64,000 bases of DNA from Zygnema circumcarinatum SAG 698-1b (Eukaryota > Plantae > Zygnematophyceae): NCBI GenBank assembly GCA_037447605.1, contig CM074813.1:3162001-3226000 (forward strand), in the 5' to 3' direction. The position numbers and the translations under genes are program-made. Below, one piece after another: positions 1-12,644 of the stretch (the stretch's first letter is position 1; each line of letters begins with the position of its first letter). The notes beneath the pieces were generated by a model. It was not told the origin of the DNA. It saw only the letters and a list, made by a program, of their open reading frames with translations, and searched no databases.

Positions 1-1304
1 CAGCGTTGCCTATGTGCTTCTCTACTTCAATGCTGTCTTATCGCCTGGGGGACTCATGACTTCTTTTTTGACGCAGAGAGGTGTGCGCCTTGTCGTTACC
101 TTTCTGCTTCCTTTCGTCCTTCCTTCCTCCTTACTGCCTACTCTTGAAGCACTTTGAAGCATTATCTCACGCAGTAAAGGACACCAGGGGTATCCCTAAA
201 TTTTCTGCTCTTATTGAAAGGGAAAAATAAATTTCATTGCGTTGGACCCTTGGCAGGGTTGGATGTATCAATCATTGGAGTCTTTCGGGGAGCCTGTGCT
301 GCTATGGGGTTCTTGGCAACTTTTCTATCGGCTCCTTTGATCGCTCGTTTAGGATTGCTGAAGGTAAGTCGTTCTCGAAATGCGCTACGTTTCTTAGTTG
401 TCAGAGGTGCTGTTTTGGTCTCGATGGAGTGAAAGGGTACAGATAAGACAGCAGATTGTTACAGGTGGGTTCCAGCTCTCGCGTCAATCCTTGCATAAGT
501 CATTATGTTATATTGTACACAGCTGGCAAACAGTTTGTAAGTCGATTTTTCAAACTGAAACCACATCGGATGTGTACTTAAGCTGCTAATCTGCATGTCT
601 CATAATAGTGTGGGAGACGGCGCCATGTGACGGAGGTTATGCTCGAACTGATGTGGACATATTGATGCCGTTTGAATGCTGATGATCTGCAGGCTGGAGG
701 AGCAGCTTTAGCCTTCCAAGCTGTGGTGCTCGTGACCTCGATTTTTGTCTACTTGGTCTCTCCTCCCGGCCATTATGTGGCCCTTCTGCTCTTTTTGGGT
801 CTTGTGGTGAGCGCTTCTATCCGCAATAACCCTGATTGTTCGCCTTTTTTTGGGTAGAATTGGGGCTTTCAACTGCTATCAAATTCCGAAATGTTTTCCT
901 GTTAGGGCCGTCGCTGCCGATCCAAAAGGGTGCGTTCTGTACTGCAGGTGCTATCTCGTCTGGGCCAATGGACGTATGACGTTGTGGACGCCCAAATCTT
1001 TCAGACTGCCATCCCCGCCTCGCAGGCCAACTTGGTCGGCACCACCGAGATCGCTCTCGGCAGTTTAACGGAGCTCATCATGCTGGGTGTGGCTATCGTC
1101 ATGCATGACGTCAGCCACTTTGGCAGCCTGGCCATCGTGTCGGTGTCCTCGGTGTTGGGGGCGGCGGCCATCTACTGGCACTGGCTCATGACGCCCAACG
1201 CCGACCAGCGCCGCCTGTTTCCAAACGAGCCGCACTTCAGGCGGGGGATGGACCGCATAGAGCCCGGCCTGCAGCCGCTGGTGCCGGCAGTCACGGGCAC
1301 TTGA
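1..1304 (+). CDS. IREG3: Plastid ferroportin/IREG family transporter (IREG3/MAR1-like), 5'-truncated; exons about 1-80, 257-363, 693-806, 948-1304
   Basis: GT-AG spliced translation includes [26 protein letters not shown] and [62 protein letters not shown]...[13 protein letters not shown], matching the C-terminus of plant SLC40A3/IREG3. Confidence 0.88.
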
Positions 1305-2457
1305 GAGTAACTTTAGGGTACCTCCCTTGTGAATAATTTCGTCCACTTAGTTAAATGATTGCACCCACGATTGTTTGGTTTTGGGTAGTCTGTTTCCCAT
1401 TTTTTTTTTGTGGGAGTGCATCTTGCAAAGCGAGGTACGTCCAAGAATTTGTCCCGGTGAGGTTTTCGTGGGGCAGGTCAGATGTCTTTGCTGAATATAG
1501 GAAGGAAGTTTGAAATTAGATGCAGGCCAGCATTCAGTTGAAATGTATGCTAGTCTTTTTTTCCCAGCTTAAGCTCTAGTTCTGTACACAGCGCAGCCGA
1601 ATCTAAGAGTATCAGGGTGAGGATAAAACCAACGCATTGTTTGTTGCCCAAAGTTGAGTGCGGTAGTGTGTTGGGGAAAGGGGGGGGGGGGGGGGGGGGG
1701 GGGGGNNNNNNNNNNTGCGTGTTGCACACCTTGCTCTTGCTCTGGAGGGGGGGCGGCTGTGCGCTCCCAACCAAATAGTGGCTTCTAAATGTTGCCTAAA
1801 AACGTAGAGCTCGTTCGCGTGTACTACTGTACCCCGATCCGACCCGAAGTTTAGGGTCGATGAAAGATGGTTGCTTCAGCGCTCGCCGGAGTCTGCGATC
1901 GTGCAAAGAGGGACATGGGAACTCGCAAACTGCAAGGCGTAAGCATGTGTGAGGTTGTGAACCTCTAGTACGCTACAGCACATGACATGAAGACACCCTT
2001 TCTAAACAATGACAATAAGGACATTTGGAACCGTGTCCTGCTGTTCACTTTGACAGTGAGGCGTGGTGCATTCAACTCTAGCACCAGCACCAGGCCACGC
2101 TTTGGCTGCGGCATGATAGTAGGCGAGGTATGGCAAGCGGAGGTCTGCCGTGAGAAGGATTGATTTTCTATATCCTCAAGCAATTAGGAGATGTGAAGTC
2201 TTCATATTATGCTATGGCCGCGGTTGTTGGTGACCGTGCCGGTGGACTTCCGCCGCTCCCTCCGGCAACCTTCGCGGCTGCTTTTAGAGCTGCGTTGTTG
2301 AGCCTAGGCTTAGCTTGTCGCCTCCTTTTTCTTGTCCTTAGGTCCTTTGCGACCAGTTCCTCGTGGTTCCCAATGATGATTTTGCCCATATACATTTGAT
2401 GGCATCATCGCCATCGTGAGGTCAATGCCACACCTCCCCCCGTCATGTTTCTTCTGT

Positions 2458-2561
<104 letters not shown>

Positions 2562-2715
2562 GTCAGGCCGTCATACGCCGTCCCTCCCTCCACTCGGAGC
2601 CCCACTGCCAGGCCGGCCCCGCGTCAGTCACGGTGTAGCGTCACGTGTATTTGCGTTCCGCCCGCCACCAACGCCGTGCTCTGTCCGCTACGCCCGACAG
2701 ACAATCGCCCTCATT

Positions 2716-2945
2716 CCCGCAGACCAGCCCGCGCCCGCCCGCAGACCGCCTGCGCCCGCCCGCAGACCAGCCCGCGCCCACCCGCAGACCTGCCCGCGCC
2801 CGCCCGCAGACCAGCCCGCGCCCGCCCGCAGACCAGCCCGCGCCCGCCCGCAGGCCAGCCCGCGCCCGCCCGCAGACCATCCCGCGCTCGCCCGCAGACC
2901 AGCCCGCGCCCGCCCGCAGACCATCCCGCGCTCGCCCGCAGACCT
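2716..2945. repeat. GC-rich 22-bp minisatellite (CCCGCAGACCAGCCCGCGCCCG), about 10.5 units
   Basis: Directly visible tandem units with a few substitutions. Confidence 0.93.
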
Positions 2946-3454
2946 CCACCTCCCGCCATTCAGGCCGCGAAGGTACTCGGGCGGGCGGGCGGGCGGGCCC
3001 TAAGCGGCCGTACATGCTTACATACCGTACAGGCCGTCGTCAGCCTCCCCTCCGGGCGGGCGGACCGGCGGCCGTACGGCTTCGAAGTACGACCGCTGAC
3101 GTCACGTGGTGGAGACAGGCCGCCACGTGGCACGTGAAAAGCTTCCGCGGTCCCTCCGCCGCACGTGCAGGCACTTGCCGCGAAGCTGCGGACGAAGGCG
3201 CGAGGGAGGGCGAGGGCGAGGGCGAGGGCGAGGGCGAGCGCAGAGGGCGGGCGGGGAGGAAGGAGAGGGAGGAGGGTCGCCGCTGGCCACTGCGCATTGT
3301 TGCCTTTCAACTCGACGAGTGCCTCTGGGCTATCAAACCCCTTATTTATGTAGGAGACGTGGACACATATCACATTCATAGGGATCTGCGTATATACACA
3401 TAGACCCGTATACCCATCATACCCACCAGGTGTTCGTACCCGAACACCTCTAAA

Positions 3455-6400
3455 ATGGTTCTAAAGAGAATGAAGCGGATGATGTTTGGATGCGTGATGG
3501 CGAAAGAGCCGCCTCGAAGTCACAAGGAGAACGCCATCTTCCTCAACGCGATCATCATGAACAGCGATGAGATATTCTCACAGCTCGGGCCCCGCCACGA
3601 GGAGTTCCGCTCCAAAATGCGCTCTCTCTTCGCGTGAGCTTCCGTTCAGCGCGCTCAACTCTTCACGTCGCAGGCCATCTTTTATTTGACTGGAGCAGGA
3701 GTGAGGTGGATTTTAGATTATTTGACTGCTTGGTTGGCGTATCGTTCCTTGGCTGTGGACGTGTTGACTGATTGTCGAAACATGGAGCATGATAACTCCG
3801 AATAAAGCACCGTCCATTGAAAGAAATGAGCTCTAAATGTTTTCAGGGATATCCCGGAGTTGGTTCTCGCGTGGCAGGCATGCGGAAGGGGAGGGAGTCC
3901 ATTTGGCAATTCAAGATATGTTCGAGTACTTGCAGCAATTTCCAAGCATCGGTGAAATGTCAAGAGCCATAATGCTCGCCGCAAGCAGGTCAGTGGCATC
4001 CGATGCCATCGCCCATGATGACGAAATGCAGACTCTGAAGGATCGCTGGCTCCGCCGAATAAATAACATTCCCAGCGACAGTGAAGGGAGTGAACCGGAT
4101 TCTAAAGGCACAGGTAAGGATGCCTTCTTCCTTGCTATTCACTTCTTACAAAGGTCTCAGGTCCCAAATAGGCCAATGGGTTGGCCCGGGTAGGCCCTCT
4201 CTTGTGCCCATTTTCAAGGGAAACGTGGCACGATCTCGTTGTGACAGGGCGGGGTTTCATCACTCTACCGGTCTTTGTGGCGACGAATCGCGAAGTGTTG
4301 GACAAAAAGGGAACCCGAAGAATATGGGGTACCGGGAGAGGGGATAAAGTCACCTGGGGGGTTAAGTGGTTAAGCCTTCCGGACACACTCGGATATGGAG
4401 AAACTGACAGCTACACGTGGCGGTACAGCGCGAAGAGAAGAGGGGCACCGCGGAACAAGATTGTTCAACTCACAACGGTTCCTCTCCTGGTGAGCCGCTT
4501 TTGCGTGCATCCTTCTAAGGTGAATTGGCGTGATGGAGTTCATCCTTGATTGTGTCGATGGAGCTCTTCTGCCAAACGAGGCACATGAGCTTGTTTGATG
4601 TTCACAAGGCTCCGCGGTTTGTTGCCGAACGGGCTTACGGCTTAACCGAGGACGGAGCGACAGTATGTCTAATTTATCTTTTACTGTATGCAGGAAGGTA
4701 AATGCATTCAGAAACTGAATCACACCATGGCGGCTCTGGGGGAGAAAGAAGCTGTTATTTTTGTCCATGGCTACAACACAACTCTTGGGAACGCTTGCCA
4801 TCGCATGGCGCAGGTTTGTTTCATTTATTATGTCACGGCTCTCCAATCTCTCGCTCCAACCCAACTTCGCGGTCCTCACTGTGTCCCACTCCCCATTTGA
4901 TTTTTCTCATTTCTGCTCGCAGCCTTCCCCTTCTCGCTCTTTGCCCCTCCTTTGTCTCGCTTTCTCTCGTCCATTTCTTCCTCCTTCACCCTTTCTCCTT
5001 CGTTCATGCCATTTCTCTCGCACACCCCTCATCATCCTCTTCACCTTCCACGTCATTTCTCGATCTTCCCATCCCTCACCTCACCTCCACTCCTCGCTCT
5101 CTCTCTCTCTCTCTCTCCTCCCTTCCTCCCCCTCCCCCTCTCTCTCCCTCCCTCCCCCTCAGGTGGTGTACACTGGCAACTTCCACGGCCCGTGCTTCGT
5201 GTTCAGCTGGCCCTCCAACGAGTCCGTCGCCGCGTACACCTCCGACGAGGCCAATGTCATGTGGTCCATCCATGACTTCCAGCGCACGCTGACGTAAGCC
5301 CCAAAAAACCCCTGACGTTACACCTGATTTTTGCCATGACATTGGCAGTTGCCAAGAGTGCACGAGTGCATGGTAAGCAAGTGAACACTGTCTCCTTGCG
5401 CAGGTCCATCATGACGGAGCTGGGCATAGAGAAGGTCCACCTGTTAGCGCACAGCATGGGGAGCCGCCTCGTGCTGTACACTCTCCTGCGCATGCGGCAG
5501 GACCTGCTGCCCGAGGGCTCTGCCAAGATTGGTCGGGTGAGCATGTGAGGAAGCGCTTTACAGGACATAATTATGAGATATTGCAGAACGCCATGGCAAT
5601 TTGCGTAGTGCGTATGCATGTAGGATGAAAGGACAATGGTAGATGGAATGTCATATGTCGATTTCCTTGTGTTCTCTGCACGGGCAGAACACTCTACTCC
5701 TGCGTTTGGCACTTGTTGACTCGTTCCCGCGCGTTCATTCGTGACCAACATACATGTGCCCTGGATATGCACGAGGAATGTCTATTTTACTACTCCACTT
5801 TTATTCTTCGGCTGGACCACTGTTTCTAACGATGAATAGAGAGGTGCAGTGCAGGTTGTTTTGGCTGCCCCGGATTTTGACATGGGCGAGTTTATGACGA
5901 TTTCTCCCGACTTAGCTCAGCAATGTGAACGCATGACGCTCTATTGCTCTGCAGATGACCAAGCCCTTCACCTGTCTAGGTTTGACCTCAGAACCCACTC
6001 CGCTCGCAGTATGAGCCTGCAAGTGATACGAGTCGTGGCTTCACAACCTCCACGTTTCGTTGCCCTTTAGATTTAGCGCCCGTTTCATGTAACAAGCTTA
6101 CCAAATGGATCTCTGTCGTCTCTCACCCTATTCCTGCACTCCGCAGATCTCTCCATGGAGGGTACCCCCGTCTGGGTGACTTCCGGGGGTTCATGGAGAT
6201 GGCCACCAACCCGCACATGCGCGCGCTCGAGAACATCGATGCCATCGACACGACGGGCACCGACAGCAGCTGGCTGCGTCACGCCTACGTCTTCGACGCG
6301 TGCGGCATCATCATCGACCTCTGCGTGGCAAGCCGCGCCCCCTCGCCACGTGTCTGCTTGCAGCGCAGACAGGGACAGGGTTAGGGTTAGGGTTAGGGTT

Positions 6401-7257
6401 AGGGTTAGGGTTAGGGTTAGGGTTAGGGTTAGGGTTAGGATTAGGGTTAGGGTTAGGGTTAGGGTTAGGGTTAGGGTTAGGGTTAGGGTTAGGGTTAGGG
6501 TTAGGGTTAGGGTTAGGGTTAGGGTTAGGGCGACTGCATGCGCGTCTGACATGCATCCGGGAGGGGAGGGGCTGGTTGGTCTGTGCAGGTTCTGCGGATG
6601 GGTCTCCCCCCGCACATGCGCACGAGTCTGGTGATCGCGCACCTGCCGGGGGGGCAGGTCTACTGGACCTTCAGCACCACGCTGGGGGGGGGCTTCTCGC
6701 CCGGCGCTCTCAAGTCCTCCACGGACCTCATGGGGCGGCTGGGGGCTCGCCTCGCCTCGTTTGGCTTTCTTCAGAGCCCGAGCGAAAAGGGCGGAGCGAA
6801 GAGTAGCCAACTGGAGGAGAGCGGCAGTGGAGTGAGTGCAGAAGTTGGCGAAGGCAGGGAGGAGAAGGACTCTAAGACAGAGAGTGGCGAACCGGATAAT
6901 ACGTCTTTACCATCGCGGAAGGCAGTGTCCAAAAGCTTTATGGAGGATTTCGCATTTGACTTGCAAAATAATTCGATTGGTGGAACCCTGGACGTGAGTG
7001 ACGAGAGCGTGTCCGACATTGGCGGGAGTGATGTTCAGTTGCCGCCTGACGCGGAGATCTATGTGACGCCGAGCAGCAACATTGTGACGAGACAGATGTC
7101 TCGCGCGCGGAGCTTTGCGATCCCCTCCACCCCGAGCAGCTTCCTGCGATCGCGGAGTTTCGGCGGCATGCACCACGCGAGCCGGGGGGGGGCCCTGCCC
7201 TCCACGAAGGAGGAGGCCATCGACGCCGTGGCGCAGCTGGCCAGACGGTCGCCGTAG
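3455..7257 (+). CDS. DUF900-family alpha/beta hydrolase (putative esterase), multi-exon; start and N-terminal exons uncertain
   Basis: Exons encode VFVATNR, VIFVHGYNTT, FVFSWPS, VHLLAHSMGSR (nucleophile elbow), VVLAAPD, RMTLYCSADDQAL, HAYVFD and GLPPHMR..YW, the ordered motif set of DUF900 hydrolases; stop at 7255-7257. Confidence 0.82.
6381..6530 (+). repeat. Interstitial telomere-type (TTAGGG)25 array inside an intron of the DUF900 gene
   Basis: 150 bp of TTAGGG with one TTAGGA variant, preceded by two ACAGGG units. Confidence 0.97.
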
Positions 7258-7529
7258 GGGGGGTTGGGGTTCCATGTGTCAGTTCAGACGGAGTGGACGG
7301 ATCCACGGAGGCCCTAGTAAATAATTTATTTGAAATTATGGGACGCGGGACCCTTCTGCGCTGAACTCTGTTTCTGTAGCCGTGTACCATTAAGCAATAA
7401 AGCCAAATGTACTTCCTATGTTCAACTCTACTTCACAATGGGCGGGCGGGCGGGCGGTGTGCGAAGGGCTGTGGGTTGGTTGCATGCAGGCTCTCGCGAG
7501 GGAGGGAGGGAGGAAGGGAGCCCTGTCAG

Positions 7530-7836
7530 CACCTCCCCTTCCCCCTCCCCTCCCCCCTCCCCTCCCCCCCTCCCCCCTCCCCCTCCCCCTCCCCCTCCCC
7601 CTCCCCCTCCCCTCCCCCCTCCCCCCTCCCCCTCCCCCCTCCCCCTCCCCCTCCCCTCCCCCCTCCCCCCTCCCCCTCCCCCTCCCCCTCCCCCTCCCCC
7701 TCCCCCTCCCCCCTCCCCCTCCCCCTCCCCCCTCCCCCTCCCCCTCCCCCTCCCCCTCCCCCTCCCCTTCCCCCTCCCCCTCCCCCTTCCCCCTCCCCCT
7801 CCCCCTCCCCCTCCCCCCTCCCCCCTCCCCCTCCCC
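7530..7836. repeat. Polypyrimidine (CCCCT/CCCCCT)n low-complexity tract, followed by (GACA)n-like repeats at about 7890-8020
   Basis: Directly visible. Confidence 0.95.
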
Positions 7837-8294
7837 AGCAGCAGCATCTGGGCAGGCCGCGGGAGGCGGCGGCGGCAGCGACTCTTCGCGCAGACAGACG
7901 GCGAGGCAGGCAGACAGTGATGGACACAGACAGACAGACAGGCAAGCAGACGTACAGACAGACAGGCAGACAGGCAGACAAGCAGACACAGGCAGGCCGA
8001 CAGACAGAAGTAGACAGACGGTCCCGCCCGTCTGCGCGCAAGTGCGGGGCGCGTCAGCCTGTCCGTCGCGGGCCCGCGACGGCCGTACGGCCCGAGGGTC
8101 GGCCTGGTCGGTCCCTCCGTCCGTACTTTTCGTACATTGGCGCCGTACATAGCGTTACAGCCGTTCTATGTCGGATTCGACGCAGTGTTGAACTGGGGTG
8201 GGCCCGTCAGCAGCATGGAGCCGCCGCGGGGCCGTCGAAATATCTCCCCCGCCTCCCCCCCTTCCCCGCGTCGCCCTCTCTCCGCCATCTGTCC

Positions 8295-11200
8295 ATGGCC
8301 ATGGCCATGACGACGCAGCAGCTGCTCCCGCTCGGCTCCCTTGGCCCTGCCGCCATAGCCGGGTAAGCTGCCTTCAGCCGCTCTCCCTGGCTGTCCTCTT
8401 TCCGTACGCAGATATTGTTCCGTCATACTGAACGCTTCCTTGATTGCATGCAAACAAAAGAAAAAAAAAAGTATTTTTGGCAGTTCTAAGGGTTAAATGT
8501 GGTGTGACCTCCGTGAATTGGTTTTCGATTTTCTCAAACTTTGGAAACGAAAGCAGCAAGATTCTGCGCCTCATTTCTGTTTTTGGTTCACTTGTTATTG
8601 GAGCAGGAGACAGTGTCGCTGTTCTTCTTCTTGCCAGCTTAAAGCTGCAAACTTTTCTTTTTCAACTCCTCGAGAAATCAAGATTTTTGCCACGACGCCC
8701 CGAAAGGAGAGATTCGTAGTTCGTGGATCTGCGAGCGAGGCAGAGAGCGGACCAGAGGGGGCGACTGCAACGATAGAGCCTGTGCAGGTCAGGAGATTCT
8801 TTTATATCCTTTATGCGTTTTGATTTGCCGTTTTTTTAAAGAAAACTTTTTTGTATTCTTTTTATTAAATTTCCATCTTTTCTTTACCTTTGAAGGAGCG
8901 GGAAGAGGACAAGAAAAAGGCAGATGAGTATTCCACGACAATGCAGCAAGCAATGGGAGATAGTGGTAAGGACTATGTATCCTTAGCTTGAACCTGAAAT
9001 TAAATGTAAGCATCATTTCATTGAATTCTCCTCATTATTACGTAGTTTCTTCGCTGTGAGATTTGCAGGAGGAATGTTAGGCTTGGAAGACTGGGCTTTA
9101 GAAAACGGTGCATTTTAAAATATTCTCCCTTTGGGCTCTGTTGACTGAAGATTAATTATGCCGCCATAACAAACTCTGAAAACGGTGTACGCACGTCGGG
9201 TCGCTAACTGCCAACAAAATGTACCAGAATCTGCCGTGCGATGTGAAATGTAGTATTTGTGATTTCCCTTTCTGGTTAGTGGATGGGTTGCAGCCCTTGT
9301 TTATCGCCATGAACTTGGGATGAACTATGCGCATGTTTTGCCGGACCTCATTGTCGGGTCTTGCCTTCAGGTACTGCCATGGCCGTCTATGATTTGTCGC
9401 TGTTTTGATATCTGTCAAGACCTTGTTAGAATGCTCCAGATTGCCGATTTTTCCGATTTTAACCCATAAACTGCTGGATAAAACACGTTTAGTCGTTACA
9501 TTTGCTACTGGTAGTACCATCGACACATAAATATGGCAAGCCTTCTGTAAACGTTTTCGGGGCTGAATAAGACATAATCTGCACGTCGACGGAAGTCGTG
9601 ATGTAGTCTTTTGGTTCCTTACGCGATGACTGTTTTTAGCTAACCCGTGCTTTATAACTCCCTAGAATGGTAAGGACCTTACAACCCAAAGATCCCACTG
9701 GGACATTTCGATTCTATGAGTGCTGAGGGTTGGTTGGGGGTGCTCAGAGTCCAAGCGATGTCGACAGGCTGCGGAAAGAGGCGGATGTCGGCACCATCCT
9801 CTGCCTCCAGCAGGACCCCGATCTCGCGTATCCTATGCCACACTCAATTCCGTCAGCAGAATCTATCTCAAGTCACAAGATTGCAGCATTCATTGACCAG
9901 AAGCCCCCGTGTAATGTGACAAAAGGGATTCTAAAAAGCAAAATCGGTTCGATTGGATCCAAGCATGGTTACTACTTAAGGACAGGCCATTGAAAAAGAA
10001 TACTGCGAGTTTTAGGATTCAAGAGCGTGTGTTTTTTTGCACGCTTGTTGGAGATGTCCTTAACCAAATCAATCGAATCTGACGTCAGTTATTTTGGACT
10101 CGAACTACCGCCCATAGTGGAGCGAATCAACGAAAGGGGCGATCTGCAGCACATCCGGCACGAGATCAGGTTTGGCCTCGGAAAATCTGTGAAGCCGTAG
10201 CCCAACCTCCTCCTTTCTAGTCCAGTTTCTAGAATTAGGATTGTAGACTTAAGCACTAGAGCTGGACCTAGAGAAGCTTACGTTCTGTGAGTTTTGAGGT
10301 TGGGAGGGAGGCAGGGACTTCGACCCGTTCAGTCTCCGCGTGAACCTTCCCGAGGCGGTCGCCAAGCTCCACGCGGCGCTGCGCAAGGGCCGGGGACCCG
10401 GCTACGTGCACTGCACCGCGGGACTGGGCCGGGCCCCCGCCGTGGCGGTGAGAACGCATTGCTCATTGCTTTCAACGCATTCTTCTAAACGCAGACAGAA
10501 GTTCGCTCGTCAAGAGTTGGGAGGCGAATCTTTGCAGTAGGATGACTCGCCTTTCGTGTGGGGAGATGAAGGGAGGGAAGGGGGTGAAAATTGCACTGCT
10601 CTCCTTGCCGACACAAGCGGAGACAGGAGCTGATTTGAACAAATGCGATTGTCTTCAATTGGTGTTTCATCAGTTTGGGATTATGTTGTTTTGTTTGTCA
10701 TTAACTGGTTTGGGAGCTCTTTTTGCTGGGGACAGCTGGCGTATATGTTTTGGATGCGAGGCTATCAGTTGAACGAAGCCAATGAAGTTTTGCAGGTGAC
10801 TGTGTGTGAATGTTGGAAGAGAGAGACGGGACGGGGGAAGGGAGAGAAAGCTATTGGCATCGAGTGTGAGAGAGAATGAGAATTTCGAAGAAAATGAGAG
10901 AGTTGGGGAGTTGGGTTGGAGAGGTTGTGAGCATGTAAAGAAATGTTTGCAGCCCTTCACTCCTCAACGCCCTCCCCATCCGCTGTGTAAATCTGTGTGT
11001 TTGGGGCGGCCTCCTCGCATGAAATCAGAAAGTGCGCCGCTGCAGTCCAAAAATTTTGCCGATACGAGCTGCCACATGTGACATAGTGAGTGATTATGAG
11101 GCATTTTTGGATTTTTGGCTTCTTTCCTTTGTACAGCTGATTGTCTGTTTATCTCAGTTGCTTTAGCATTAGGTCTTCTTTCGTTGTTCTTATGGCTGCC

Positions 11201-12185
11201 TCCAATTGCTGCCACTAACAGTAGCAGCTTGTGCCATTGGGAGAGTGCCAGCTGTCAGGTGGGTCCACCGAGCCTGTGCAGCTGAGCTGGCGGCACCGAG
11301 GTACACCCAAAACGGTGGAAATAGCCGGTCTCGACGTCGGGTGGCACAATGTAAGTCAGAGCTGTGAAAAAAAGGAGTGGACCGCGAGGGGCAGATGGAG
11401 GCGCGGAGGTAGAGCGAGTGGAAATCGGCGGCGGCAGTCAGTGAGGAAGAGAGAGAGGGGAAAGGGGAGGCGAGCTTCGTCCATAAATGAGTGACTGCCC
11501 TTTGAGAGTTTTCTCATGGTTCTTTTTTTTACTTTGCCAGCCTCAGTTGCAAGCTTGGTCTTTTACTAGACTTGGCGAAAAACACTAACAGTTTCGGAGA
11601 TTCAGGAGTAAGGTGGGAGTTTTTGGGTGGTGTTGGAAAATGCAGCGAATCGCATTAGAGCATCGCGTCCGAGAAGGTCGGTGGGTGTTGAATACGGAAC
11701 TGCCGGTGAGCCCTCGCTAACAGCGCGCTGCTCTTCCTAACTGCTCCAAGCTCTGCCCTCCTCCCATGTGCCCTGAGCCCTGACTAGCCCTTCTGCCCTT
11801 CGGCGCAGATCGGCACCTACTTGTACAAGTTCATCGTGGACGGCAACTGGACCGTCAGTCCTGACGCGCCCGCGACCCTCCCGGACGCGGCAGGGAACGT
11901 CAACAACGTCGTGGATGTGAGGCAGCGCCTCCTCGCCTTCCGCCGCTGCGCGCCGGGTGGTGGCACTCACTCACTCACTGACAGCGGTGACTCTGTCTGT
12001 CTGTCTGGGGGATTGGGGGGGGCGGGGGGGGGGCGGTGACTGGCCGGCAGGTGGTGGGCAACGCGCTGCACACGCCTGAGTGGGCCCTGAGGACGCGGCT
12101 GATGCAGGAGGACGCGCTGCTGACGGAGGAGGACCGGGCGGCGGTGGTGGAGAGGGTGAACGCGCTGGCGGACAAATTCGATTAG
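8295..12185 (+). CDS. SEX4: Phosphoglucan phosphatase SEX4/DSP4 (dual-specificity phosphatase + CBM48), plastid-targeted
   Basis: Spliced exons give [57 protein letters not shown], catalytic [21 protein letters not shown] and YKFIVDGNW; an intact CX5R motif plus CBM48 argues against LSF1/LSF2. Confidence 0.95.
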
Positions 12186-12644
12186 CAGGTTGTTAGGGAG
12201 GAAGCTGCCTGCCTATTTTGTGATATTCTCGTCTTCATTGTAAATGCATTATTTCAAATGGCAAGGTATGTTCGTGTTATGCTCAAGGTCTGCAATTCAC
12301 AGATGGGCTTTTCCGCCTGCATACGTGTTTTATTGGGGTGACGATAGGAAGAATTCACCACACACAGTTATGCGATGTAACACTGCATGAAACTTCCTCT
12401 CTTTCAATACCACCATGTGAAGCATCGCCAAAAAAAATAAAAATAATTGGACAAAATGAACGCGGCATATATCATTTCTACACAAAAGGACGCTACTACC
12501 CTACGAATCGGCTCACAAACACATTTTCGAACAGTACATGTTTGTCGCAACCCCAAATGCACGACCAGACCGCTGGTGTGGCCTTCTGCGAATTTGGCAG
12601 GACCGCCGCCATGGTCGACGCAGCGCCAGAGCCGAAAACGCAAC

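Noticed and set aside
1802-1830. CTACTGTA resembling the right end of the TIR family
   Set aside because: Only 8 bp match and no partner TIR was found; a gap lies nearby
1965-2395. Two short minus-strand ORFs between IREG3 and the repeats
   Set aside because: No recognisable motif or consistent splice chain
3280-3403. PLRIVAFQLDECLW resembling a HAD/MDP-1 phosphatase motif, in frame with the DUF900 start
   Set aside because: The catalytic Asp is replaced, there is an in-frame stop at 3401 and no upstream ATG; probably 5' UTR coincidence
9152-9526. 124-aa minus-strand ORF inside SEX4
   Set aside because: It is antisense to a genuine SEX4 exon (YRHELGMNY, about 9295-9370)
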